NCBI GenBank assembly: GCA_963752285.1
Contig: CAVVXN010000001.1
Coordinates: forward strand, 1 to 64,000
Direction of reading: 5' to 3'
DNA: 64,000 nucleotides
Source of the DNA: an uncultured Planctomycetota bacterium
Lineage (GTDB): Bacteria; Planctomycetota; PLA2; JAEUHO01
Shown here: positions 43,801-53,100 of the stretch, in pieces
Numbering within the stretch: the first letter of the stretch is position 1
How the letters are laid out: every line of letters begins with the position of its first letter
The notes under the pieces: generated by a model
Told to the model about the DNA's origin: nothing
The model's database searches: none
What the model saw: the letters and a program-made list of their open reading frames with translations, nothing else
Translations under genes and position numbers: made by a program

Positions 43801-44085
43801 GGTCGAGAGGTTCGCCTTCGGGTCGACGACCGTCACGGTCGAGTTCCCGCTGTTCAGGACGTAGGCGGCGCTCCCGTCGGCAAGCGTCACCGTGTCCACC
43901 GGGTTCGGCCCCGTCGGAATCCCCTGGGCCAAGGCACCCGGCAGGTGCCCCACGAGGAGCACGACCAGGACGAGCCCCACGATCTCGGGCCATCTCCCCC
44001 GGATCTCGGGGAGCGTCGCGGCCAACCCCCTCTCCTCGATCCGACGCGGCCGGCGGACGTTCTCGCTCCGGCTCTTCTTCGACAC
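37861..44085 (-). CDS. Full-length Rhs/YD-repeat polymorphic toxin 2 (coiled-coil, Pro-rich CT)
   Basis: 2074 aa with the same architecture as 23997-30302. DPTG followed by a different CT. Confidence 0.92.
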   Translation of the reverse strand: MSKKSRSENVRRPRRIEERGLAATLPEIRGRWPEIVGLVLVVLLVGHLPGALAQGIPTGPNPVDTVTLADGSAAYVLNSGNSTVTVVDPKANLSTGTLTLPIPPNTCMDMDWSVSLQQLVVGCNNGQVWTVDPATGVATLSLSNPAANYSQITADNLLGGALYAWGYDRNRAWLDQFLVGGVFAPATAIPFATATELIEVRPSGNPATRYLMLLGRTGPGFVGVSFFDRTAMTPASFPTWGPPPAVPTGITSLDNEAYVSATDAVTGMAYLLQLPYTGAFFTFTAPPVWTGPAVGASDVTSAGQFLTVFCPGLTGGTDAYYFDAADPANVLQVGWINIEPNMPPAGGGSSWIDPAGSFEDLYVLVANTGSSAAGESGRSILDNVLWNPGASPTITGTGTGLVQTSSSAVQPTTPSGCGACMDEEFLGRGWIDAWPDPDVRKDFPATACSVEFATAEEVYSLPLFKIPGVGMDLGVNLTYRSRIGYDYRYGRGWTLDQDVRLRTEPNGDETYLNGHGRADTFASAGGGSFVPPVRYDSTLNVQGTTATLTSRFGTASTFQNGYRTQVQDRYGNALTYSWTGDQLTSITDTLNRSYTLSYGTDGRLSSITDFGGRTWTLTYDYMGQLKRVTTPASTQFPQGRSVWFSYTGNSTNSALASNLVHVWSPLGDGVQTLYYDGYDRVVKETIGDGSYAMSYASLMGSDTKTTVVDRSGNTTEWTFSTFGVPIKEEVFTKGLRQGEPNSYVTTMGVDQTTGLVTHVSAPAGNRTDYQYDSALNLVEVRRKETDTPNQSGTDIVYSYQYGGPFNQRSQYTDPRGNITVYQVDAQGNTTQIQRPTVTSPSTQTITETFSFDGRGRITNATDGAGRTVDFVYYTTGSHAGYLQSVTKDQAGLALTTTLDYSQYGDIVSVTDARGATTAISVDAEGYVTEVQAPSPLSYRRRLTYDAGRRVTLVEVENVDRHGTQDPTTPWIETSFTYDVVGRPLAKTVDLTSTTTATTTYAYDGSGDLVSVTRPEGGVTALEWDERRLIHKVRAGAGSAVEGTFEYAYDLNGSLATSKNPRSYETTFEHDHFDRRTRVTDALGAYRAFQYDKSGNQTLVEAYDSQAALLARTARYFDEVDRLWKTVDDRFGPNLTPSQPTTIVTRDPSGLVTQVTDPLSNSTSYSFDAAARLVQILDATGNHDDFSLDANGNITTRSHTDLPAGGGSETFVTEFDYDAINRVTQRREIDRSNGQNVLTTNLGYDSRNDLTWRLDAESHPVRWTYDLASRLLTYERALQTGQTIEDFTQSITESFQYDGNDRLTGLTDDNFDSTSYQFDARDRQTRVTYADTRYVDTQYDPASNVSQWTDQNGTVVQNTFDALGRKTYASVTRGTGVLGSTFEQFTYDALGRMLTAVDDDFQDDLTWDSVGNLLKERQGYNAQGQEKWKSVTTTWSDASSVQSVLYPSAFAAAHTRDAIYRMTALQDVGAGTNIATFTYQGAGRLATTSNQNGTSTEYAWDGFARIQDIDHKLGSGQTLHKFTYAYDRAHNRRMEQNTFDATWVGTLPQAVQTFLTARNTKGDVYAYDWAYRLTDVRYDTTSPLQEVQNPGSQTFAKNTQYVMDGLGNRSQVLTTPPTPPSTVTYASDVVNQYTQVGGVTRTHDNNGNLTDDGTYLFAYDFENRLVEVKLKATQAVVATYRYDALGRRVEKAVSGGATTRYVLDGQQVIEEYDGSDVWQARYVYEDGIDHPRVMDRADQADVNGNQNTTEVLRFTYHQQALGSVTELSEPGGSVVEWVTYDVYGKPRILDQQGNVVGQSPVGNPYLFTGREYDAEDGLYFHRARTYDPSCGRFIQRDPIGYRDVPSLYLYVHARPASGRDPTGRDELDDALAKAERDEAEATKTRDDAEKRIEELQNEVHQVLTMYPEQLQERQRRQNGSIFGPPGGEATANLSPEGFRDAEIDRLNGEIDKLKDEWNQADVAAHEARKRKEKLKGKVAERDAAAAAAHAPGQPPTPSPEYPEPLPDGWFWRHFGPGERLLRSLIGVPNPDGPVPWRWDWCEQNPYEGPMLRGKNWDPDKPGRPPYAPPGSGPDG

Positions 44086-44101
44086 GGCCTCCCCCTCTCC
44101 C

Positions 44102-45225
44102 CTACCAGGTCGCGTTCGAGATCTGGCTCACGGCCTGCGTGGCCGTGGCCGCGATCGACGGGTTCGTCGATGGCGGCATCGGCCTGACATCGTCGTGAAG
44201 CCCCGACTTGTCGTGGAGCTGGAGGAGCGCGAGCGCGGCCTCGCGACGGACCGAGAACGTGGTGGAGCCGAGGAGCGTCTTGAGGCCGGCGTCACCTGGC
44301 TCGAGATGTCCGAGGAGATCGCGCCCGTGATCTTCGCGGCGAGCCCCTGGACCCGCGGGTCGGTGTCGTCAGGAGCAGGAGCACCGCACTTCGGTTCTGG
44401 GCCGCACCTCCGAGGAGCCCCAGGCCCTGGAGCGCCGTCCAGCGGACCGTCGCGTCTGCGTCCGGAGCGCGCGCCGCGTAGGTGGAGGCGTGGGTCTTGT
44501 CGTCGGTCCGGACCATCGCCGTCAGCGCTCGGCTCCGGACCCAGGCCTGGGTGTGGCTCGCCAGTGCCGTGAGCTCGCTGAAGGCCTTGCGCCTCGCCGA
44601 GCGCGTCGATCGCGTTCTCGCGCTCCGACCGCGAGGCCTTGCTCTCCCGCGCGAGGTCGTAGACGTCCAAGAGCCCGTCGCTCGACACGACCGCGAGCGC
44701 GCGAACGGCGGCGTCCCGGACCGCACGAGGGGCCTTCTCGTCCCCGGCAACCTGTCGAAGGTCCGGGAGCGCCGTGCCCCCCGCCGCGCCGAGGCCCCGG
44801 ACGGCCACGACGCGGATCGAGGCGAGCTCCGCACCATCCTGCGCACGAGCCGCGAGCGTCGTCCGCGCGCCGCTCGCGTGTCGCGCGAGGATCCGAACCG
44901 CCGCCGCCCGCGTCACCACGTCGCTCGAAGAGGCGAGGGTCACGATCCCCGAGAGACTGTTCGTCGAGAGGCTCATTCTCCCGATGGCCTCGGCGAGGCC
45001 CGCCTTGACGATCGGCGCGGCGTCGCTCTCGAGGACGTCGAGCATGTCCGCAAGGCGCGACGGCTCCGACGCGAGCTGCTTGATCGTCGCCTCACGCGCG
45101 GTTCCGTCGGAGCTCGAGAGATCGTTCACGAACGCGGGCTCGGTCGTCACGTCGGCGAGCAGCAGCGCCCCGCCTCCCACGACGAGCACCACCGCGAGAG
45201 GACCCCACCTTCTCGAGGAACGCAT
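44102..45225 (-). pseudogene. HEAT-repeat protein copy 2, frameshifted
   Basis: Paralogue of 30319-31440 with several indels in 44100-44600. Confidence 0.8.
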
Positions 45226-45364
45226 GAGCGCGACCTCCCTTCTCGTACGACACCGTCTCGTCCGAGGGGGAGAGTGGCGCCGCCTACGTCACAGCGCAAG
45301 TGGCGACCGACCCGATCCATGAGGAATTCGTAGGGGTTGCCACAATCTTGCAGCGCGGCGTTCC

Positions 45365-46246
45365 CTAGCGCGACAGCGTCAGTGTTGCCTGCTGCGCGCC
45401 CGCAACACGCCGCACGCGCACGTCGCCGGTCACCTCGTTTCCAAGTGCGGCGAGGGCACGCGAAACGTCCGAGACGGCGTGGTCCCCGATGCGCTCGATC
45501 ACATCTCCCGGCTTGAGGCCGAGTTGCGCAATCTGGCTCTCTCCGCGAACGCCGGTCACGCGCACACCTGTGACGCGGCCCTCGGCTCCGTAGAACGGGA
45601 CGAGCTTCACGTCTCCCGCCGCGCTCGTTCCCGACGCAACCTCAGCGCGGCCAGCGTCTTCCACCGCTTCCGGGGCCGTCCCGCCTCGCCGCAGAGGCCC
45701 GACACCCCGCACGCGGCGATCGATCGGATGGTCGAGGGGCACGACGAACGTGAAGGTCTCCTCGCCTCGCGCGAGCGTGATCAGGCCTTCGCGGTCCCTC
45801 TCCTCGATCCGGCGGATGACGACGCCTCGATCCGCCTGCCCCTCCGAGACGACGTACGTCTCGGGGCGCGCCGGGTCTTTCGAGGCCAGAACGATCGCGT
45901 CCGGACCCGTCGGGTCACGCCACCACGCCGTCACCCGGAACGCCGCTAGGGGCAGCCTCGTCGCATTCCCCACCACGATGTTGGGGCCGGGCACGCGGTG
46001 GTCCCGGTTGGGCAGGTCGCAAGGCCACCAGGGTCCGCACTCCCGCACGATCTCGTCCCATGCGACGGGACCCGATCGCGTCGGGCCGGCGCGCGCGGGA
46101 AGGTCCTGCGGAGAGATGGTGGGGGGCGAACGGCTGTTCTCTCGGGTGACGCCAGCCAGCACTCCCCCCCATGCCACGAGGACCGCCAGCAGAAGCGCGC
46201 CGTTCAGACGCCAGAGCCAGCGGCGCACGACGAACACGCGCAGCAC
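45365..46246 (-). CDS. GspC-like PDZ protein copy 2
   Basis: Paralogue of 31580-32458 with a near-identical C-terminal half. Confidence 0.78.
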   Translation of the reverse strand: MLRVFVVRRWLWRLNGALLLAVLVAWGGVLAGVTRENSRSPPTISPQDLPARAGPTRSGPVAWDEIVRECGPWWPCDLPNRDHRVPGPNIVVGNATRLPLAAFRVTAWWRDPTGPDAIVLASKDPARPETYVVSEGQADRGVVIRRIEERDREGLITLARGEETFTFVVPLDHPIDRRVRGVGPLRRGGTAPEAVEDAGRAEVASGTSAAGDVKLVPFYGAEGRVTGVRVTGVRGESQIAQLGLKPGDVIERIGDHAVSDVSRALAALGNEVTGDVRVRRVAGAQQATLTLSR

Positions 46247-46520
46247 ACCTTCACGATAGCGCCAACCAGCCCAAGACGGAAGCGCGGTTGAATGCCGGGT
46301 TGACGAGAGCAAGGCGGCCTCGCCCCACGGCCGCCCGACTTCTTCTGCTTCTGCTCCGGGCCCTACGAAGTCGAGTCCGGCGTGGTCGTGCGGGGGACCG
46401 AGTACCGGACTACCGCCGAGTCGGAGGTGCCGCCCGAGTGGCGGACGCCGTGGACGGAGAGGAGGCCGACGTAGCGCGGGCGGCGGCGCCGCCCGCGACG
46501 CGCCCCATGAGCCGCGCCGC

Positions 46521-46724
46521 CTACTTCTTCTTCCGGGGCCGCGTCCCCGCCCCCACCCGCAAAGAGATCCCGTTCACCGAGGCGATCTGGCGCGTCGCGG
46601 TGACGGTCCGGCCCAACTCGGCGGCGATTCGGGGTGCGGGCGTGCCCGCCTTGACGAGCTGGCGGATGCGACGCACGTCGGCGGCGGTGACGGACTGGCG
46701 GTGGTTCTTGGGGCGCTTCGGCAT
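46521..46724 (-). CDS. Small basic HTH-like protein
   Basis: MPKRPKNHRQSVTAADVRRIRQLVKAGTPAPRIAAELGRT, with RBS upstream. Confidence 0.6.
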   Translation of the reverse strand: MPKRPKNHRQSVTAADVRRIRQLVKAGTPAPRIAAELGRTVTATRQIASVNGISLRVGAGTRPRKKK

Positions 46725-46848
46725 CGGGGCTCCTGGGTTGCGAGGAGTATGCGGGCGGGCGGCGACACTCGCTCCGGCAAACAACCATGTTCTCGGCTCG
46801 CGGCGATTGAGTGTCGCCGTCGCCGCGTGGCATGGCCTGCGAGTGCTG

Positions 46849-47065
46849 TCAGCCCGCGACCATCCGCGACACGACGGCGACATGCCACCGCTTCCCCGTC
46901 CGGGGCCGGAACCCGGCGCCGTCCAGGTCCGCTCCCACGGCCCGAAGCGACGCGCCCTCGGATCGGAGCCGCTTCGCCAGCGCGACCGCCTTGGCCTCCA
47001 GCGGCTCCGGCTCGAGCCGCCCGTCGTCGCGGACCCGCCACCCGTACGGCACGCCCCCGATCCGT
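46849..47065 (-). pseudogene. Serine recombinase recombinase-domain fragment
   Basis: GGVPYGWR...GASLRAVGADLDGAGFRPRTGKRWHVAVVSRM. Confidence 0.65.
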
Positions 47066-47306
47066 ATGTCGGACCAGATCCTGAGGCCATGCGGGAGCTT
47101 GAGGCTCGTCGGATCGCACTTCGAGACCGGGAGTCGGCAGAGCAGTACGAGGATGAGGCCATGGGGGACGAGCCCGCCTAGGTTGGGCACGCGTCGAAGC
47201 CTCGACACAGGCCACGCGACGCCCCGCGCCTTGTTGTGACGCCGGATGCTGACGCCCTTGGAGCACAGTTGAGACGGTCTCCTGACCTTTCGTTGCCGCT
47301 CGTTGC

Positions 47307-47319
47307 GCTTGGGAAGCTG
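47307..47319 (-). repeat. Deleted att core remnant (anticodon arm only)
   Basis: GCTTGGGAAGCTG between a left arm matching 55525-55600 and a right arm matching 558-675. Confidence 0.75.
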
Positions 47320-47476
47320 CGTGCCCCCCATCGCAAGTCACGCGTCCCGCGCAGGTTACGACGATCGCCAGAAGCCGTTGAGACCTGGGTTGAGACGAGC
47401 TGAAAGGCCCGCTTGTGACGGCCTTTGGTCCTTGGTGCGAGCGGGCCCCGGCGGGCGCACCAGCGGGTTCCGCTCG

Positions 47477-47752
47477 GAGACCGGCGACCACGTCCCAGAG
47501 TTCCTCGTGACCCGCTGCCGCGAGGCCCGTGCCGCCCGCCCGGCCGCCAACCGAGCTGCACGCTGCGGTGTGCGCAGCGCCTGACGACACCGAAGAGGGG
47601 CCACGCCACTACGAGCCCCGTGCACGACCGTCCCGGCTCCGGGTTGTCCAGCTCCGTTCTCCCCGCCGCGGCCCAGGCCGCGGCAGGAGGAACCCCCCGC
47701 CCCGCTGTTCGAGTACCCGGCAGAAATCTCCGGAAGGGACGGACCCGCACCT
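47477..47752 (+). repeat. Transposase tail (to 47584) and boundary motif (47707-47752)
   Basis: TGDHVPEFLVTRCREARAARPAANRAARCGVRSA*, then GTTCGAGTACCCGGCAGAAATCTCCGGAAGGGAC. Confidence 0.7.
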
Positions 47753-47886
47753 CCCCGCTCTCCAAGACCCGCCGGCCACGGGCCAGAACCACCCCAGCAG
47801 CGACCCAGTCGCGGCAGGAGAACCCTCGGCTCCGGTTCTCGAGTACTCGGGGGGACTCTCCAGTCCGAACGGGCCACGAAGCGCCT

Positions 47887-48552
47887 CTACTTATCGCATC
47901 TAACCTCGAAGTCAGCCTCGGCAACCCACTCGACCACGCCGACACTCCCGCGCCCGATCGGACCCGGGTTCAGGTCGTAGCGCACGTTTCTTGGGGCATC
48001 CAACTCTCGGAAGATAGTCCCGCACTCCACCGAGTCGACCCGAACATGATCGGCGAAGGGGAATGACCCCTCAGGAATCCACTCCCCCTCCCCTCCCTCG
48101 ACGGCACCGGAGAGGGTGTACTCCAGACTGGCCACGCCACTTGCATCCGTGGTTCCGATGGCCCATCCATCTCCAGCGATCTCGCCCGAGGCGCGGGACA
48201 ACTGGATAGACCTCCGGATGGCTTCAACAGCCTCTTCCCTTGCACGAGCCAAAGGGGATGCCACGACGCGGGCATCGGCCACGGGGCGTCCGCTGGCGTC
48301 GATCACGTGGATGCGTACCCGCACGAGCACCGTCCCCGAGCCGACGAATACGCGCTTGCGCCCGCCGACGTCGCGTGAACCGATGCGGAAGCCGGTGGTG
48401 AAGAGCGCCACTCCAGCGATGGCAGCGACGAGCACGACTGAGAGAGCAACCCACGCCCATCGCCCCATCAGCCAACAACTCCGTCCATATTCGCCGCCGC
48501 GCGGACGCGCATCGCTCGAGGGCGCCGGCCCGTTCCGGGTGGAACTGCTCAT
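47887..48552 (-). CDS. Putative immunity protein (TM anchor plus carboxypeptidase-regulatory-like beta domain)
   Basis: VRVRIHVIDASGRPVADARV. Homologous to 57048-57818. Confidence 0.65.
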   Translation of the reverse strand: MSSSTRNGPAPSSDARPRGGEYGRSCWLMGRWAWVALSVVLVAAIAGVALFTTGFRIGSRDVGGRKRVFVGSGTVLVRVRIHVIDASGRPVADARVVASPLARAREEAVEAIRRSIQLSRASGEIAGDGWAIGTTDASGVASLEYTLSGAVEGGEGEWIPEGSFPFADHVRVDSVECGTIFRELDAPRNVRYDLNPGPIGRGSVGVVEWVAEADFEVRCDK

Positions 48553-48565
48553 GCTTTGGGCCCCC

Positions 48566-50431
48566 TCACCGTGCCCACCCTCGCAACGCGTTCGCCGTAT
48601 CCACGATGGACCGAGCGGCGTTCCGGTCGACGCGCTGCCACTCGCTCGACCCTTGCGGGACACCCCCTCTACCTGGATCTGCTGGATGCTCACGGAACTC
48701 AAGTGGCCCCTGCTCAGCGTGACGGACTTCATGCAATACCACACCCACCACCTTTGCTTCCCCGAGCCAGTCACCGTTATTGAATTTGTCCGCCATCTTG
48801 TCCATAAACGAGGTCTTGAAGCGCAGTTCGCCCGATTCAGGGTCGTACTCGCCCTCCGCCCTCGGATCCTGTTGCGCGAGCTCTGGCACTGTTTTAAACC
48901 TGCCATTCTCCAGGAGCGATTCGGCGTGCGCAATCCACTCTGACTTGCCGTTGCCAAACGCCACGGCGTCCAATCGAGCCAGTCGGAGGAGGTCCGCATC
49001 CGAGATCGGCCCACTCGTAGGCACCGCCCCGTGGCCGCCCATGAGCTCCCACATGTTCTGTGCTGCCGCGTGAAATTCGGCTTCGGCGGCATCCAGTGCG
49101 TCCTCAAGGGGGTCGAGAACGGCGATCGCATCATCGACCGCTTGCCACGCATCCGCTTGCTTCGCCCTCGCGTCCTTCAGGGCCGCCTTCAACTCGGCCA
49201 GCTTCTTGTTATCCTCCGCCGGGTCGTAGCACTCATCCTCCGCCTTCTTCTTGATCAGCTCCTCTAGATCGTGGATCTGCTTCTCGAGAGCGAGGGCTGC
49301 GCCCCCTGCGGCGTACGCTGCGTCCAAAGCCGCGAGGTAGGCGTTGTATGCCGCTTCCTCAGCCTTTTGAGCTTTCAGGAGCGCCTGGCCCGCATCACGA
49401 AGCCACTCGACTGGCTTGTTCTCCTTGTCCTTCGGCGCAAGCCCCGAGGGATCGGCGGACGATGCTGGGTCCGATCCGACGTACTCGTGGAGGGACAGCC
49501 CCCCGACGAATCCGGCGGGATCCCTCTGGAGGAACCGCCCGGTGGCCGGGTCGTACGCGCGCGCGCGGAACTAGTAGGTCTTCGTCTCGGCGTCGTACTC
49601 CCGCCCCGTGAAGAGGAACGGGTTCCCCACCGCGCTTTGCGAAACGACCGTCCCCTGTGAGCCGCGGATCGTCGGTTGGCCGTAGACGTCATAGGTCGTC
49701 CACTCGACGACCGCACCGCTCGGTTGCGTGATCTCCGTGACGTCGCCCCTCGCGCTCTGGGCGTAGGTGAAACGCAGGATCTCGCTCGTGTTCCCGTTGC
49801 CGTTGACGTCAGCACCGTCGGCTCGATCCATCGCTCGCGGCTGGTCGATCCCGTCCTCGTAGACATAGCGGGCTTGCCAGACGTCCTGCCCGTCGTACTC
49901 CTCGACGACCTGCTGACCGTCGAGCGCGTAGCGGGTCGTCGCGCCGCCGGAGACGGCCTTCTCGACACGCCGCCCGAGCGCGTCATAGCGGTAGGTCGCG
50001 ATCACGGCCTGCGTCGCCTTGAGCTTCACCTCGACCAGCCGGTTCTCGAAGTCGTAGGCGAAGAGGTACGTCCCGTCGTCCTTGAGGTTCCCGTTGTTGT
50101 CGTGGGTCCGGGTGACGCCGCCGACCTGGGTGTACTGGTTGACCACGTCCGAAGCGTACGTCACGGTCGAGGGCGGGGTCGGCGGGGTCGTGAGCGTCTG
50201 GCTCCGGTTCCCGAGGCCGTCCAGCACGTACTGGGTGTTCTTGGCGAAGGTCTGGCTCCCCGGGTTCTGGACCTCCTGGAGGGGGCTCGTGGTGTCGTAG
50301 CGGACGTCCGTCAGCCGGTACGCCCAGTCGTAGGCGTAGACGCCCCCCTTGGTGTTTCGGGCCGCGAGGAAGGTCTGGACGGCCTGCGGGAGCGTCCCGA
50401 CCCAGGTCGCGTCGAAGGTGTTCTGCTCCAT
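48566..50431 (-). pseudogene. Rhs family A stub with coiled-coil/HEVRH metallopeptidase-like CT and in-frame TAG at 49571-49573
   Basis: Core motifs continue in frame past the stop (FRARAYDP...RFLQRDP). VVLHEVRHAEQ in the CT. Confidence 0.85.
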
Positions 50432-50630
50432 CCGCCGGTTGAGCGCGACCTCCCTTCGCGGACCGCACCACTTCTTCCGAGACCGAGGGTCGCGCTCTCC
50501 ATGTCACCGCGCAAGGGGGAAACCGAGCCGCATGTGATGGATCCGTGAAGTCGGAGTGAGAGCCTCGCGGTGCATCAATTGAGAGTGCGACTCAGTATGA
50601 CCTGCGAAGAAGTTGCATCCGAAGCGGCGA

Positions 50631-51509
50631 TCAGCGAGAAATCGTCACGCGCCGGGGCGCCGAGCGGATTCCGCGCTGCACGGAGATGGGCCCGACGGCG
50701 TCGCTCCCGAGCACGGCGAGCGCGCGAGGCACGTCGACCGCCGCGTCGTCCCCGACCCGCTCGATCACATCTCCCGCGCGGAGGCCGAGTTTCGCCCATC
50801 GGCTCTCCGCCCGGACGCCGGTCACGCGAACGCCCGCGACGCTTCCCTCTTCTCCGTAGAAGGGAACGAGCCTCACGTCGCTTGGGGCGCCACCCCCCGT
50901 CGCAACATCGGAGCCGTTCGCGACTTCTGACGCGGCGCTCGTTCGTAAGACCCCGGATCCCCCGACGCCGCGGACGCGACGGTCCACGGGCCGGTCGAGC
51001 GGGACCACGAACGTGAACGTCTCGGGGCCGCGCGCGAGGGTGATGTGCCCTTCGCGGCGGCGTTCCTCGATGCCGACGATGGAGACGTCCCGGTCGGGAC
51101 GCCCCTCGAGGACCACGTAGGTCTCGGGGTGCGCGGGGTCCTTGGACGTGAGGACCACGGCGTCGGGGCCACCCGGGTCGCGCCACCACCCCGTCACGCG
51201 AAAGGCCCCGAGCGGCGGGCGCGTGGCCGGGCCGACGACGACTGGCTCCGTGACCTCTCGCTTGCAGACCTCCCCCAGGTCGCACGGCCACCAGCCCCGG
51301 AACTCGTGGACGAGCTCGTCCCACGCGACCGGCCCCGTGCGGGTCGGGGCCTCGGCCAAAGGAAGCTCACGGATGCCCCCGTACCGCCAGGAACGCGCCG
51401 TTTCCCCGGATCGGTCCCCGAGCCAGGCTCCCCACGTCGCGAGCGCCCCCACGAGCAGCGCGCCGTTCAGGCGCCAGAGCCAGCGGCGCGTCGCCCGGAA
51501 CCGGACCAC
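50631..51509 (-). CDS. GspC-like PDZ protein copy 3 (more divergent)
   Basis: Paralogue of 31580 and 45365. Confidence 0.78.
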   Translation of the reverse strand: MVRFRATRRWLWRLNGALLVGALATWGAWLGDRSGETARSWRYGGIRELPLAEAPTRTGPVAWDELVHEFRGWWPCDLGEVCKREVTEPVVVGPATRPPLGAFRVTGWWRDPGGPDAVVLTSKDPAHPETYVVLEGRPDRDVSIVGIEERRREGHITLARGPETFTFVVPLDRPVDRRVRGVGGSGVLRTSAASEVANGSDVATGGGAPSDVRLVPFYGEEGSVAGVRVTGVRAESRWAKLGLRAGDVIERVGDDAAVDVPRALAVLGSDAVGPISVQRGIRSAPRRVTISR

Positions 51510-51693
51510 GGAAGACAGGGTAGCGCGAGACGCCCGCCGTGCGAGAGGGCCGTCACGGGACGAACCGGTGCAGGCTGCCGGCCGGCGAGGGGCGTCCTCC
51601 GCCTACGGTCCACCCGAACCTCCTCCACGTCGTCATCGTCTCGCGGCACGCGGGGCAGGACGGCGCGCGGCTCGCCATGGACAACCGGCGTCC

Positions 51694-51996
51694 CTACACG
51701 CTCCCCGTGGGTTCCGCGTCACCGTAGCCCGCTCGGCGCGCGCGGTCTGGATGGTAGGTGCGCATCCACTGGCGCGCGGCCTCGTGCATCGCCCGACCGT
51801 TGGCCGAGCCACCCCACCCCAACTCGTTGTAGATCCGGACGAGATCCGCCGGGCTGGACTTCGCCAGCCATGCGACGACGAGTCGTGACATGTCACCGTA
51901 GATCGTGCTCTGGTCCTGGTAGGCCTCTCCGTCGGCGGTGTGGATCTCCGCCAGCATGCGCGCGAAGACCTCGCGCTCCGTGAAGTTTCGCGACAT
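51694..51996 (-). CDS. Hypothetical protein (100 aa)
   Basis: ATG preceded by GGAGGAG. Protein-like composition. Confidence 0.55.
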   Translation of the reverse strand: MSRNFTEREVFARMLAEIHTADGEAYQDQSTIYGDMSRLVVAWLAKSSPADLVRIYNELGWGGSANGRAMHEAARQWMRTYHPDRARRAGYGDAEPTGSV

Positions 51997-52545
51997 GAGA
52001 TCGACTCCTCCGGTCGGTTCCGATGATCCTCGGGCGACGCCTACACGCGCCCCAGCCCCCGGGTGCGTCGTCCGGAAGCGCGCCACGGGCGACAGCGTAC
52101 AGCGAAGCGCCCCCCGGGAGCTTCCGAGCCAATGACCGGCCGCGCCCGGGCGCGCGGCCGCCGGCCTACCGGCCTCCCGCGATCTCCTCCACGTCGTCGT
52201 CGTCGCGCGTAGCACGCGGGGCCGGACGGCGCGCACCGGCGAGGCGGCGGCGCCGGCGGGGGCGGTAACGGCGGCCGTAAATCCGTACACGCGTCAATGC
52301 GGCCGCGGCGTCGCCGCCGCGGAAGGGTCACGCGACCGAACTCGCCGGCGCGCCGCGATTGGCAGGCGGGGCGAAACCGAGCCGCAGAAGCTGCGTGACT
52401 TGGGTCGCCACTCGAGACGGTCTCCTGACGCTTCCTCGCACTTCGCTGCACGATGTAAGCGAGCGCGGGTGGATCCGCGTTATCGAAGAGGATCGCCGCA
52501 AACGTGCGACGACGCGCGAGTTGCGGCGAGGAGGCGCAACGAAGG

Positions 52546-52594
52546 TGGAGCGCCCGATCGGGCTCGAACCGACGACATTCAGCTTGGGAAGCTG
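52546..52594 (-). repeat. 3' 49 nt of tRNA-Gly(CCC), att core copy 3
   Basis: One mismatch to 509-557. Confidence 0.9.
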
Positions 52595-52831
52595 AGTGCC
52601 CCGACTCGTAAGTCGCGCGCAGTACAGGAGTTACAGATCTTGAGAATGGCCACTGGGACGGATCCTATCGATTTCCAGAGGAACGACCTGCTACGGTGTC
52701 CTGCGAGCCGTTCCGTGCGTTTCGGATTTTGAGAATGGCCGGTGCCGGCCCGCTGGCCGCCAGGGGGCCCACGAAGCGCCGTGGGTCGGTGGCTACAATC
52801 CGGGAACGTCCCCTCGCACCCGGAGACATCC

Positions 52832-53044
52832 ATGAAGTTCCGCATCGTGATCGAACCCGACGAGGATGGGGTCTTCGTGGCGAGTTGCCCGAGTCTCCCG
52901 GGCTGCCATTCGCAGGGCCGGACCCGGGAGGAGGCGCGCGCCAACATCCAGGAGGCGGTCGAGCTCTACCTGGAGTCGCTCCGGGAGCACGGGGAGCCGA
53001 TCCCGCCCGGGATCACGGAGGACGTGGTCGAGGCATCCGGTTGA
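52832..53044 (+). CDS. hicB: HicB-family antitoxin
   Basis: IEPDEDGVFVASCPSLPGCHSQGRTREEARANIQEAVELYLE. Confidence 0.92.
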   Translation: MKFRIVIEPDEDGVFVASCPSLPGCHSQGRTREEARANIQEAVELYLESLREHGEPIPPGITEDVVEASG

Positions 53045-53100
53045 GCCGGCTCCCGGTGGTCTCCGGCCGCGAGGCCGTTCGGGCGTTCGCGAGGATCTCC
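53041..53100 (+). pseudogene. hicA: HicA toxin, first ~19 codons only
   Basis: MSRLPVVSGREAVRAFARI overlaps the hicB stop, then unrelated sequence follows. Confidence 0.7.

Noticed and set aside
23997..44085. Type VI secretion effector locus
   Set aside because: No PAAR, VgrG, Hcp or EagR motifs are seen, and the Rhs proteins have a Sec-like signal instead.
44102..44600. Programmed frameshifting in HEAT copy 2 and in the Rhs stub at 2100-2900
   Set aside because: Multiple scattered indels with no slippery site, better explained by decay or sequencing/assembly error.
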